DNA of 64,000 nucleotides from Butyricicoccus pullicaecorum (GTDB lineage Bacteria; Bacillota; Clostridia; Oscillospirales; Butyricicoccaceae), in the NCBI GenBank assembly GCA_018365995.1, contig JAGZIY010000003.1, forward strand, positions 58,146-122,145, in the 5' to 3' direction. The position numbers and the translations under genes are program-made. Below are positions 49,160-58,726 of this stretch, one piece after another. Position 1 is the stretch's first letter, and each line of letters opens with the position of its first letter. Below the pieces are notes generated by a model, which ran no database searches, was not told the origin of the DNA, and was given only the letters and a program-made list of their open reading frames with translations.

Positions 49160-49933
49160 TTGGAATCCTATAATTTACGCAGACGAGCCAAATTGATTGC
49201 AAAGCAAAGTGTGATGCGTAATTTGGTACAGGTCATGGGTGCGGTACTTGCTTGCGCACTGCCGTTTATACTGACCAATAGCTTCGTCAGCAATTATCTG
49301 TTATCTACGGGAAAGGTCGCATTGCCAATCCTTATGTATGTTGGCAGTATTGTACTGCTTGTACTGCCAATGCTTTATGGTGTGATGGCATTTCTTGGCG
49401 AGGTTTTACTCGTGGGAAATTCTTCGGTTTTGCGGGCATTCGATGCGCTGACCAGTATGCAGATGTATCTGCGCAGTCTGCGCCTTGGATTGTGTATCCT
49501 CCTGCGTACCGTCCTTTGGATGAGTATTCCGTTTGGTGTGACAGCACTCTATATTTATATGTTGTTGAGCCAAAATCCAGAGATGATTGCAAATGAGCAA
49601 ACCTTTGCTATATTGCTCATGCAGTCGGTGGGATTGTATAGCCTTGTCAGTATTCCGTTTACCGCACGTGTCATCTGCTATTTGGGTGCATATCCGCTGA
49701 TGATGCGAGATCCTGCACTTGGTGCATGGAAGGCAACAAAGCAGTCTGCACGTATCCTCAAAGGACATTGGGGAAAAATGATTGTGTTTGTGGTAAGCTT
49801 TGTCGGCTGGGAGCTTTTTGGCGTTTGGACGATGGGAATTGGCATGCTGTTTTATTGGGGATATTTGCTCGCTGCATTCCTCATCTATTTTCAGATGGTG
49901 GAGCAGGGAGACCGTATTCCGCCAATGCAGTAA
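49160..49933 (+). CDS. DUF975-family integral membrane protein
   Basis: The N-terminal LRRRAKLIAKQSV...MGAVL pattern and six TM helices are typical of YciC/DUF975 proteins. RBS AAAGGAAG. Confidence 0.65.
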   Translation: MESYNLRRRAKLIAKQSVMRNLVQVMGAVLACALPFILTNSFVSNYLLSTGKVALPILMYVGSIVLLVLPMLYGVMAFLGEVLLVGNSSVLRAFDALTSMQMYLRSLRLGLCILLRTVLWMSIPFGVTALYIYMLLSQNPEMIANEQTFAILLMQSVGLYSLVSIPFTARVICYLGAYPLMMRDPALGAWKATKQSARILKGHWGKMIVFVVSFVGWELFGVWTMGIGMLFYWGYLLAAFLIYFQMVEQGDRIPPMQ

Positions 49934-49945
49934 ATATAAGGTGCT

Positions 49946-49986
49946 CGCTTGTCGTATATTGCGACAAGCGGGCATTTTGCTGTTTT
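49946..49986 (+). terminator. intrinsic terminator
   Basis: CGCTTGTCG, 7-nt loop, CGACAAGCG, followed by a T-rich stretch (GGCATTTTGCTGTTTT). Confidence 0.7.
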
Positions 49987-50007
49987 CAGGAATTTCCATA
50001 AAATATA

Positions 50008-50036
50008 TTGATTACACCTCGAAATTCCGTTATGAT
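50008..50036 (+). promoter_or_regulatory. sigma-A promoter for metG (TTGATT, 17 nt spacer, TATGAT)
   Basis: The hexamers and spacer read directly. The leader is too short to hold a T-box or S-box element. Confidence 0.55.
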
Positions 50037-50075
50037 ATAAAGTAGATTGGATAAATAGAGGAGGAGCGAGATAAA

Positions 50076-52067
50076 ATGGAGAAAAAGCCGTATTATATCT
50101 CAACAGCGATTGCCTATACATCGGCAAAGCCGCATATTGGCAACACCTATGAGATTATTCTTGCTGATGCGATTGCGCGCTATAAGCGTATGATGGGGTA
50201 TGATGTATATTTTCAGACAGGAACCGATGAGCATGGACAGAAGATTCAGGACAAGGCAGCGCAAGCTGGCATTACCCCACAACAATATGTAGATAATGTT
50301 GCAGGGGAGATCAAAAGCATCTGGGATCTCATGAATACCACCTATGACCGCTTTGTACGCACCACCGATCCGATGCATGTGGAAAAGGTGCAGAAGATTT
50401 TCAAGAAGCTTTATGAGCAAGGCGATATTTATAAGGGCTCCTATAAGGGAAAATATTGTACACCTTGTGAATCTTTCTGGACAGAGAGCCAGCTCGTAGA
50501 CGGTAAGTGTCCGGATTGCGGCAGACCGGTTGAGGACGCAGAGGAGGAAGCATATTTCTTCCGTATGAGTAAGTATGCCGATCGTCTGATGAAGCATATT
50601 GAGGCCAATCCAGACTTTATTCAGCCGGAATCCCGTAAGAATGAGATGGTCAATAACTTCTTGAAGCCGGGCTTGCAGGATCTTTGTGTGTCCAGAACCT
50701 CCTTTAACTGGGGTGTGCCGGTCACATTTGATGACAAGCATGTTGTCTACGTTTGGCTCGATGCGCTTACAAACTATATTACTTTCTGCGGCTACGATCC
50801 GGACGGGAATCATGATGCGCACTATCAGAAATATTGGCCGGCAGATGTGCATTTGATCGGTAAGGATATCATTCGCTTCCACACGATTTATTGGCCGATT
50901 TTCCTAATGGCGCTCGGAGAAGAATTGCCGAAGCAGGTCTTTGGGCATCCATGGCTGCTCGTTGGTGATGGAAAAATGTCCAAGTCTGCGGGCAATGTCA
51001 TCTATGCAGATGATTTGGTAAAGTATTTCGGCGTAGATGCGGTGCGTTACTATGTACTGCATGAAATCCCGTTTGCAAATGATGGTGTGCTGACCTATGA
51101 AATGATGATGGAACGCATCAATGCCGAGCTTGCCAATGTACTGGGCAATCTGGTCAACCGTACCATTGCAATGGATCATAAATATTTTGATGGAAAAATC
51201 ATGGAGCCATGTGCGGCAGAGCCGGTAGATGAGGAGCTTCGAAGCATGGCGCTTGCCCTGCCGAGTCGTGTGGAGGCAAAGATGCAGGGACTGCATGTTG
51301 CAGATGCAATAGATGAAATCTTTACGCTGCTGCGCCGTTCGAACAAATATATTGATGAAACCATGCCTTGGGCACTCGCGAAAGATGAGAGCAAAAAAGC
51401 GCGTCTGGGTACTGTGCTCTACAATCTTTTGGAATCCATTCGCTTTGCGGCAACGATGCTCAAGCCTTATCTGCCGGATACTGCGGACAAGATTTTTGCA
51501 CAGCTGGGAGTCGAAAATACAGGCGTAGAGTCCTTGACCTCTTTTGGCGGTATGCCGGTTGGCGGTACGGTTGGACAGGCTGAGATTCTGTTTGGCAGAA
51601 TTGACATTGCCAAGAAGCTGGAAGAAATCCTTGGGACACAGGAAACGTCCGATAAGAAGGAAAAGAAGCAGGAAAAGGCTGGCAAGAAGGAAGAAAAGAA
51701 GGCAAAAAAGGTCGAGATTCCAGAGGGCTGCATTACCATTGATGAATTTGCCAAGGTAGAAATGACCGTGTGCAAGGTGCTTGCCTGTGAGAATGTGCCC
51801 AAGAGCGAAAAGCTTCTCAAGTTCCAGCTCAATGATGGCACAGAGGTAACCCGTCAAATCCTGTCCGGTATTGCAAAATATTATAAGGCAGAAGACCTGA
51901 TAGGAAAGACACTGGTTGCCTGCACCAATCTGCCTCCGCGCAAGATGATGGGACAGGAATCCAATGGTATGATTTTGTCTGCTGTGCGGGAGCTGGCAGA
52001 CGGTGAGGAAGAGCTGCATTTGGTCATGCTGGAGGATACCGTACCAGCGGGCGCAAAATTGTGCTGA
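50076..52067 (+). CDS. metG: methionine--tRNA ligase with a C-terminal EMAP-II-like tRNA-binding domain
   Basis: HIGN (PHIGNTYE) and KMSKS motifs, Zn knuckle CTPCE...CPDCG, 663 aa. RBS GGAGGAG. Confidence 0.95.
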   Translation: MEKKPYYISTAIAYTSAKPHIGNTYEIILADAIARYKRMMGYDVYFQTGTDEHGQKIQDKAAQAGITPQQYVDNVAGEIKSIWDLMNTTYDRFVRTTDPMHVEKVQKIFKKLYEQGDIYKGSYKGKYCTPCESFWTESQLVDGKCPDCGRPVEDAEEEAYFFRMSKYADRLMKHIEANPDFIQPESRKNEMVNNFLKPGLQDLCVSRTSFNWGVPVTFDDKHVVYVWLDALTNYITFCGYDPDGNHDAHYQKYWPADVHLIGKDIIRFHTIYWPIFLMALGEELPKQVFGHPWLLVGDGKMSKSAGNVIYADDLVKYFGVDAVRYYVLHEIPFANDGVLTYEMMMERINAELANVLGNLVNRTIAMDHKYFDGKIMEPCAAEPVDEELRSMALALPSRVEAKMQGLHVADAIDEIFTLLRRSNKYIDETMPWALAKDESKKARLGTVLYNLLESIRFAATMLKPYLPDTADKIFAQLGVENTGVESLTSFGGMPVGGTVGQAEILFGRIDIAKKLEEILGTQETSDKKEKKQEKAGKKEEKKAKKVEIPEGCITIDEFAKVEMTVCKVLACENVPKSEKLLKFQLNDGTEVTRQILSGIAKYYKAEDLIGKTLVACTNLPPRKMMGQESNGMILSAVRELADGEEELHLVMLEDTVPAGAKLC

Positions 52068-52165
52068 AGATTACAGAATCATACAAATGATATGAGTTTG
52101 GAAAGGGCGCGGAAAAAATTCCTGTGCCCTTTTGCTGTTGCAAAAGAAATGGGAGGCATATATTT

Positions 52166-53017
52166 TTGATTGTATTTGATACGCATGCACACTATGATGA
52201 TGTGTGTTTTGATGCAGACCGAGATGCCCTGCTGGCATCTATGCCGGATAACGGCGTTGGGCTGATTCTCAATCCAGGCTGTGACTTGGAGAGCAGCCGA
52301 AAGGCGGTTCAGTATGCAAATCAGTATCCATGGGTTTATGCCGCGGTGGGATATCATCCGGAAAATATAGAGGATTTGAGTGATGAGGTGTTGTCGGAGC
52401 ATCTGCATGAACTGGAAGCGCTGGCGGTTGACCCGCGTGTAAAGGCGATTGGGGAAATTGGATTGGATTATTACTGGTGCAAGGACTCCGGCGCACGCAA
52501 GCGCCAGCAGGAGGTTTTCCGAATGCAGATGCGCATGGCAAAGCGTTTGGGCCTGCCTGTGATTGTCCATGACCGGGAAGCACATCTGGATAGTTTGACG
52601 ATTGTGGAGCAGTATCCAGAGGTACCCTGTGTATTCCATTGCTATTCAGGCTCGGCAGAGTTTGCAAAGCAGCTGTTAGCATGCGGGTGTATGCTGTCCT
52701 TTACTGGGGTCATTACCTTTAAGAACAGCAAGAAGGCGCGTGAGGCTGTGGAGGTGATTCCGCTTGACCGATTGATGATTGAGACAGATGCGCCCTATAT
52801 GGCGCCGGAACCCTATCGCGGCAAGCGCAACTCCTCTCTGTATGTACATCGCATGGCAGAGATGATTGCGGAAATCAAGGGGATTTCCGTGGAAGAAGTG
52901 GCAAAAACCACAACAGAAAATGGAAAACGATTTTTTGCCATTCATGATGTGGTATGTGAATGCCGCACAATTTTGTGTGAGGAAAACAAAGATGAATGTA
53001 GAACTGAAAGCATTTAA
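52166..53017 (+). CDS. tatD: TatD-family metal-dependent hydrolase (YabD-like)
   Basis: FDTHAHYDD motif. I propose a TTG start at 52166, 10 nt after a GGGAGG RBS, giving MIVFDTHAH. The longer ATG-initiated ORF has no RBS. A metG-then-tatD arrangement is widespread in Firmicutes. Confidence 0.75.
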   Translation: MIVFDTHAHYDDVCFDADRDALLASMPDNGVGLILNPGCDLESSRKAVQYANQYPWVYAAVGYHPENIEDLSDEVLSEHLHELEALAVDPRVKAIGEIGLDYYWCKDSGARKRQQEVFRMQMRMAKRLGLPVIVHDREAHLDSLTIVEQYPEVPCVFHCYSGSAEFAKQLLACGCMLSFTGVITFKNSKKAREAVEVIPLDRLMIETDAPYMAPEPYRGKRNSSLYVHRMAEMIAEIKGISVEEVAKTTTENGKRFFAIHDVVCECRTILCEENKDECRTESI

Positions 53018-53660
53018 CCGAAAAGAGGTTTTACAGTATTTGCAGTGGACGGGCAGTGAGATTCCGCAGGAGGTTGATGCGATGATTGATGACTGTATGG
53101 CGGAGACTCTGCGCGTGATAGAGCCGCGCTATACCTATCGCATCTTTTCGATAGATCGAGAAAATCAGACACCACATATTGCTTTTGTTGGCAATGATGT
53201 ATCGGAAATGCTGTCGGATTGTGAGCGGGTGATTTTTCTTGCTGCGACTCTGGGAAATGGATTGGAACTTGTCATTCGCCGTGCACAGGTGCGGGATATG
53301 TCCCGTGCTGTGGTGCTGGACTGCTGTGGTTCGGCTGCAATCGAGGCTGTGTGTGATCAGGCAGAACGGGAAATCACAGAAGCGATGGGAGAGCCTATCC
53401 ATTTGACCGATCGCTTTAGCCCGGGCTATGGAGACCTGCCTATTTTATTGCAGGACGAGTTGATTCGAACCGTGGACGCACCGCGTAAAATCGGTTTGAC
53501 AGTTACCAGTACACATATTTTAACACCGCGCAAGTCGGTGACAGCGCTGATTGGCATTGCAGACAAGCCACAAAGCAGGCGTTTTCGCGGCTGTGCGTAT
53601 TGCTCGATGTTTGAAACCTGTGCATTTCGAAAGGCGGGAAAAACCTGTGGGAGAGAATAA
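52992..53660 (+). CDS. stand-alone methionine-synthase activation (AdoMet-binding / reactivation) domain protein
   Basis: About 220 aa. RBS GAGGAAAA before the ATG at 52992. It overlaps the tatD 3' end by 26 nt and lies directly upstream of a MetH lacking this domain. Confidence 0.7.
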   Translation: MNVELKAFNRKEVLQYLQWTGSEIPQEVDAMIDDCMAETLRVIEPRYTYRIFSIDRENQTPHIAFVGNDVSEMLSDCERVIFLAATLGNGLELVIRRAQVRDMSRAVVLDCCGSAAIEAVCDQAEREITEAMGEPIHLTDRFSPGYGDLPILLQDELIRTVDAPRKIGLTVTSTHILTPRKSVTALIGIADKPQSRRFRGCAYCSMFETCAFRKAGKTCGRE

Positions 53661-56037
53661 TCAAAAAAATCGGCTGTGGTATTTGGACGGGGCAATGGGA
53701 ACCATGCTGCAAAGTGCCGGACTGGAGACCGGACGTGCTCCGGAAGGTCTCAATCTATCTGACCCCGAACTGATTACAAAAATACATCGTGAGTATTTGG
53801 ACGTGGGCGCACAAATTTTATACACCAACACCTTTGGCGCAAATCGTGAAAAACTGGCACATGAAGGACTGTCAGTAGAAGAAACCGTTGCGGCAGGTGT
53901 GGCATGTGCAAAGCGGGCAGTACATGCTTTTTGCCAAGACAATCCACAGGCAGAGTGTCCAAGAGTTGCACTCGATATTGGTCCGATTGGGCAGCTGTTA
54001 GAGCCATACGGCACGTTGGCTTTTGAAGATGCCTATGATATTTTCCGTGAAGTCATTTTGGCAGGGAAAGATGCGGATATTATCGTGTTTGAAACCATGA
54101 CCGATTTGTATGAGGTCAAGGCAGCGGTGCTTGCGGCGAAGGAAAACAGTGATAAGCCTGTTTTTGTGACCATGACCTTTGAGCCAAATCACCGCACCTT
54201 TACAGGCTGCTCAGTAGATGCGATGTGTGCAGTCTTGGAAGGATTGGGTGTGGACGCTCTGGGTGTCAACTGCTCTCTGGGACCCGAGGAACTGTACCCC
54301 ATTGTGCAAGAAATCTGTGAACTTACCACATTGCCCCTCATTGTCAAGGCAAACGCGGGTCTGCCAGATCCGGAAACGGGGGAATACAGCATTACACCGG
54401 AGCAGTTTGCGGCACAGATGGCGCACTTTGTACCACTCGGGGTGTGCTATCTGGGCGGCTGCTGCGGGACACGTCCTGACTTTATCCGGCAAATTATAGC
54501 AGAGACACAGGGACAGATTCCAGAGCAAAGAGAAATTCGCCGCCGGACGGTGGTATGTACCCCAACAGAAACGGTTGTAGTCGATGGCGTGCGGGTCATT
54601 GGAGAGCGCATCAATCCTACAGGAAAGAAGCGCTTTCAGCAGGCGCTGAGAGAAGGGGATTTGGATTATATACTCGCACAGGCGGTAGAACAGGCAGATG
54701 CAGGGGCACATATTTTAGATGTTAATGTCGGACTGCCGGGTGTGGACGAGCCGGAAATGATGGTGCGTGTGGTCAAAGCAATCCAGTCGGTAACAGATTT
54801 GCCGCTGCAAATCGACTCGTCCAACAGCGATGCCCTTGCGGCGGGTCTGCGTGTGGTCAACGGTAAGGCAATCGTCAACTCTGTCAATGGAGAACCAGAA
54901 GTCTTAGAGCGCGTTTTGCCAATTGTCAAGAAGTATGGTGCGGCTGTGATTGGACTGACCATGGATCAAAACGGGATTCCCGCAACAGCGGAGCAGCGTT
55001 TTGCCATTGCAGAGCGCATCTTAAAGGCAGCATGTTCTTATGGAATCCCAAAAGAAGATGTGTTTATTGACTGTTTGACGCTTACCATTTCAGCAGAGCA
55101 GGACAAGGCGGTTGAAACTTTGCGTGCAATGGAAATGGTGCGTGATCGGCTAGGGCTGCACTGTACGCTGGGGGTTTCCAATATTTCCTTTGGACTGCCT
55201 AATCGAACCCTAATCACGACCAGCTTTTTGACATTGGCAATGGCATCTGGCTTGGATTTACCGATTGTCAATCCGAATACGGCTGCCATTATGGATACCA
55301 TACGTGCATTTAATGTACTTTACAATCGTGACCGCAACGCGGAAGCCTATATTGCTGCTTATACGAAGGAAACAGAACCTGCGCGGGCAGTCACCTTACA
55401 GGCAGACGAAGAACAGACGACCCTGCCGCGTGCTGTGGACAAAGGACTGAAGGAAGAGGCACGCCGTTTGACGGTGCAGCTTTTGGCACAGGGAAAGACC
55501 GAACTGGATATTGTAAATGAGCTATTGATTCCTGCCCTTGATGTGGTGGGCGGACGCTTTGAACGAGGAGAAATTTTCCTGCCGCAGCTTATCAATTCGG
55601 CGGGTGCGGCGCAGGAGGCGTTTGAAATCATCCGCACAGAGATGGCGAAAAAAGGGACTGTGGCGGTCTGCAAGGGTACCGTGATTGTTGCAACGGTCAA
55701 GGGGGATATCCATGATATCGGCAAGAATATTGTCAAAACCATTGTCGAAAATTATGGATATCGTGTCATCGACCTTGGACGAGATGTTCCAATCGAAACG
55801 GTGGTACAAACTGCAATTCGGGAAGATGTGCACCTGATTGGGCTGTCGGCGCTGATGACAACGACATTGGCCAATATGGAAGAGACCATTCATGCCTTGC
55901 GTACGAGTGAACATCCCTGTAAAATCTGGGTAGGCGGCGCGGTTCTGACGCCAGAATATGCAAAAAAGATGGGTGCAGACTTCTATGCGCGGGATGCGCG
56001 GGAGTCGGTTGATATTTGTAAAGAAGTATTGGGGTAA
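53647..56037 (+). CDS. metH: methionine synthase core (Hcy-binding, pterin-binding and B12-binding domains; no activation domain)
   Basis: LDGAMGT Hcy-domain motif, central pterin-binding barrel and a C-terminal cobalamin motif DIHDIGKNIV. A GTG start at 53647 is proposed (RBS AGGCGGG); the alternative is the ATG at 53695. Confidence 0.8.
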   Translation: MGENNQKNRLWYLDGAMGTMLQSAGLETGRAPEGLNLSDPELITKIHREYLDVGAQILYTNTFGANREKLAHEGLSVEETVAAGVACAKRAVHAFCQDNPQAECPRVALDIGPIGQLLEPYGTLAFEDAYDIFREVILAGKDADIIVFETMTDLYEVKAAVLAAKENSDKPVFVTMTFEPNHRTFTGCSVDAMCAVLEGLGVDALGVNCSLGPEELYPIVQEICELTTLPLIVKANAGLPDPETGEYSITPEQFAAQMAHFVPLGVCYLGGCCGTRPDFIRQIIAETQGQIPEQREIRRRTVVCTPTETVVVDGVRVIGERINPTGKKRFQQALREGDLDYILAQAVEQADAGAHILDVNVGLPGVDEPEMMVRVVKAIQSVTDLPLQIDSSNSDALAAGLRVVNGKAIVNSVNGEPEVLERVLPIVKKYGAAVIGLTMDQNGIPATAEQRFAIAERILKAACSYGIPKEDVFIDCLTLTISAEQDKAVETLRAMEMVRDRLGLHCTLGVSNISFGLPNRTLITTSFLTLAMASGLDLPIVNPNTAAIMDTIRAFNVLYNRDRNAEAYIAAYTKETEPARAVTLQADEEQTTLPRAVDKGLKEEARRLTVQLLAQGKTELDIVNELLIPALDVVGGRFERGEIFLPQLINSAGAAQEAFEIIRTEMAKKGTVAVCKGTVIVATVKGDIHDIGKNIVKTIVENYGYRVIDLGRDVPIETVVQTAIREDVHLIGLSALMTTTLANMEETIHALRTSEHPCKIWVGGAVLTPEYAKKMGADFYARDARESVDICKEVLG

Positions 56038-56042
56038 ACAAG

Positions 56043-57836
56043 ATGGATTTAAGAGAGTATCTAGCGCATAAAACCTTATTATTTGACGGTGCGATGGGAA
56101 CCTATTTTCGTGCAGTTTATGCAGATGAGATGGGAAAATGCGAACTTGCAAATTGTACGGCACCAGAGCGGGTCACACAGGTGCATAACGCCTATTTAGA
56201 ATGTGGGGCGCGTGCAATCAAAACCAATACCTTTGCTGCCAATACGCGTGCCTTGGAATGTGGATTCGATCAGGTGCGCGAGGTCATTACACAGGGCTGG
56301 AGACTTGCCGTGCAAGCAGCAGAGCCTTATAGAGCCTTTGTGTTTGCTGATATTGGACCGATTATAGATGCAAATGGAGAGTATGAACAGATTGTGGAGG
56401 TTTTTCTGAATCTGGGAGCAAAAAACTTTTTGTTTGAAACATTGTCTGAGGACAGCGATCTTTATGGTCTTGCCGCATATATTAAAGCAAGATGTCCAGA
56501 TGCTTTCATTATCGCATCATTTGCGGTTTCTCCAGATGGATTTACCAGAACAGGATTACCGATTCGCCCGCTTTTGCAGCGCGTAACCGCTTGTCAGCTC
56601 ATTGATGCCACAGGTTTCAATTGTATTTCAGGTCCTAGTCATTTGCTTGCACAGGTACGAAAGCATATAGACCTCTTTGTTGGTGCGCAGCGCACACAAT
56701 CGGAATCGATTGTGTGCAGTGTCATGCCAAATGCAGGCTATCCGACAATTGTAGATGGGCGTACCTTTTTTGAGACACGTCCCGAATATTTTGCAGCGCG
56801 TATGGGAGAGATTTTGGCGGCAGGTGTGAAAATTGTAGGTGGATGCTGCGGAACAACTCCAGAACATATCCGTCTAACAGCGGAGATTTTACACGAAACT
56901 GAGGTTCAGCCCATAGAGCCTGCAAAACCAGATATTCATATTCCACACAATGTGAAAAACCGCCTGATTAGTAAGCTGCGAAGGGGGAAACGAATCATTG
57001 CGGTGGAACTGGATCCGCCAAGTGATGCAAATTTGGAAAAATTTATGGCAGGTGCCAGAACGCTCCGTGAAGCCGGAGTGGACGCGATAACCATTGCGGA
57101 TTGTCCAATTGCGCGTCCCTGTATGGACAGTTCAATGCTTGCGGCAAAGCTGCATCGGGAGCTTGGAATCGATCCGATTCCGCATATGACCTGCCGTGAC
57201 CGCAATATCAATGCGACCAAAGCGCTTCTTTTGGGGTTGTCCGCAGAGGGCGTTCATAATGTATTAACTGTGACAGGTGACCCTATTCCGTCTGCTGAGC
57301 GGGATGAGGTCAAAGGTGTATTTTCGTTCAATTCAGCTGTCCTTGCAGGATATATTCGCTCTTTGGGAGAACAGGGCATTACAGCACCGTTTCATGTGTT
57401 TGGCGCGCTCAATGTCAATGCGGCAAATTTTGCGGTAGAGCTGCAAAGGGCAAAGCGAAAGGAAGAGCAGGGTGTTTGTGGCTTTTTGACACAGCCTGTA
57501 TTTACAACACGGGCATTTGAAAATCTCATGCAGGCACATGAGGAATTGCAAGGTGATATTTTAGGAGGCGTAATTCCTATTGTCAGCCATCGCAATGCTT
57601 TGTTTATGAGCAATGAGATTGCCGGTATTGAAATCTCACAGGCTGTGATTGACCGATATGAAGGCTTGAACCGCGAGGAGGCAGAGGAGCTGGCAGTAGA
57701 GCTCTCGGTTCAGCTTGCGAAAAAGATGGTTCCCTATACAACGGGCTGGTATTTCATAACCCCATTTCAGAGGGTTGCGCTTATGACACGAATTTTGCGC
57801 AAACTGAATCAGGAAATGACAGAAAATAGCCAATAA
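56043..57836 (+). CDS. yitJ: bifunctional homocysteine S-methyltransferase / 5,10-methylenetetrahydrofolate reductase (YitJ-type)
   Basis: N-terminal Hcy-MT domain (LFDGAMGTY, zinc-ligand GGCCG) fused to a C-terminal MetF-like TIM barrel. 597 aa. Confidence 0.8.
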   Translation: MDLREYLAHKTLLFDGAMGTYFRAVYADEMGKCELANCTAPERVTQVHNAYLECGARAIKTNTFAANTRALECGFDQVREVITQGWRLAVQAAEPYRAFVFADIGPIIDANGEYEQIVEVFLNLGAKNFLFETLSEDSDLYGLAAYIKARCPDAFIIASFAVSPDGFTRTGLPIRPLLQRVTACQLIDATGFNCISGPSHLLAQVRKHIDLFVGAQRTQSESIVCSVMPNAGYPTIVDGRTFFETRPEYFAARMGEILAAGVKIVGGCCGTTPEHIRLTAEILHETEVQPIEPAKPDIHIPHNVKNRLISKLRRGKRIIAVELDPPSDANLEKFMAGARTLREAGVDAITIADCPIARPCMDSSMLAAKLHRELGIDPIPHMTCRDRNINATKALLLGLSAEGVHNVLTVTGDPIPSAERDEVKGVFSFNSAVLAGYIRSLGEQGITAPFHVFGALNVNAANFAVELQRAKRKEEQGVCGFLTQPVFTTRAFENLMQAHEELQGDILGGVIPIVSHRNALFMSNEIAGIEISQAVIDRYEGLNREEAEELAVELSVQLAKKMVPYTTGWYFITPFQRVALMTRILRKLNQEMTENSQ

Positions 57837-57950
57837 CAATTGTAAACATTGTGCAAACTGTTGCAGAATTTCTTGAACAAGACCTCTGTTTTTGTTAGAA
57901 TAAAAGAAACAGAAAAACACTTTGACAACAAGAATTGAGGATGTGTTTTC

Positions 57951-58385
57951 ATGAATATTATGTTTTTCCTAACCCTTAAAAGCGATGTTACCTATCTCTA
58001 TGATGATATGGGACTCAAGGAGGGTTTGGACAAATTGCAGGAGAGTGGTTATCATGCAATTCCGCTGATTTCCAGAGAGGGAGAATATATTGGAACGGTT
58101 ACAGAGGGTGATTTCCTCTGGATGATGTGTACATGTGGAGAAATCATTGGAAAGAAGAGAACCGTATCTTTACAAATGCGTGATTTGCCGCGCCGATGCG
58201 ATAATAAGGCAGTTGCGGCAAATGCACAGGTTGTGGATCTGCTGTCCCATGCGTCGAATCAAAACTTTGTACCTGTCATTGATGACCGCAATATGTTTGT
58301 GGGTATCGTGACCAGAAAAAAGATTTTTGAGTATTGCAAAGACCTGCTGAAAAACGAAGAAAAGTTAAAAAGCACCAGCGCCTGA
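57951..58385 (+). CDS. CBS-pair domain protein
   Basis: 144 aa with two CBS-like repeats (HAIPLISREGEYIGTVTEGD, VPVIDDRNMFVGIVTRKK). Confidence 0.65.
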   Translation: MNIMFFLTLKSDVTYLYDDMGLKEGLDKLQESGYHAIPLISREGEYIGTVTEGDFLWMMCTCGEIIGKKRTVSLQMRDLPRRCDNKAVAANAQVVDLLSHASNQNFVPVIDDRNMFVGIVTRKKIFEYCKDLLKNEEKLKSTSA

Positions 58386-58459
58386 AGGACACTGGTGTGA
58401 GTTTGTCCAAAGACTACGGTTTTTAGAGGCGTCCGCCGCGCAAAGTGCTTTGGATGAAG

Positions 58460-58502
58460 AATGCCCGAAATCGCGCATCAATGTGCGGTTTTGGGCATTT
58501 TA
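58460..58502 (+). terminator. intrinsic terminator of the CBS gene
   Basis: Long imperfect stem AATGCCCGAAATCGCGCA / TGTGCGGTTTTGGGCATT followed by TTT. Confidence 0.55.
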
Positions 58503-58636
58503 CTGAATTTTATGCGCACTATAGGTACGAAATACTTTGTTCATAGTCTGAAATCAGTGTATTCGAAGGCCATTCTGATATTTTTCTTTGAAGCACAGTG
58601 CTTGTGAAAATGCAAAACCCTATGTACATTGAATTT

Positions 58637-58726
58637 TGACATGCTGTGTGCAGATGCTGTCCAAGAACCGGATTCTGGAACCACATCAATCCCATCATTC
58701 ATTTTTGGAATGATGGGATTTTTTAT
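58637..58726 (+). ncRNA. candidate small RNA of about 90 nt, bounded by a putative promoter and a strong terminator; its 3' end overlaps the stop of the convergent kinase gene
   Basis: Putative promoter TTGTGA (58602-58607), 17-nt spacer, TACATT (58625-58630). Terminator with 13-bp stem AATCCCATCATTC / GAATGATGGGATT at 58688-58720 followed by TTTTTTAT. Only a 36-codon ORF runs through the hairpin. Confidence 0.3.
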
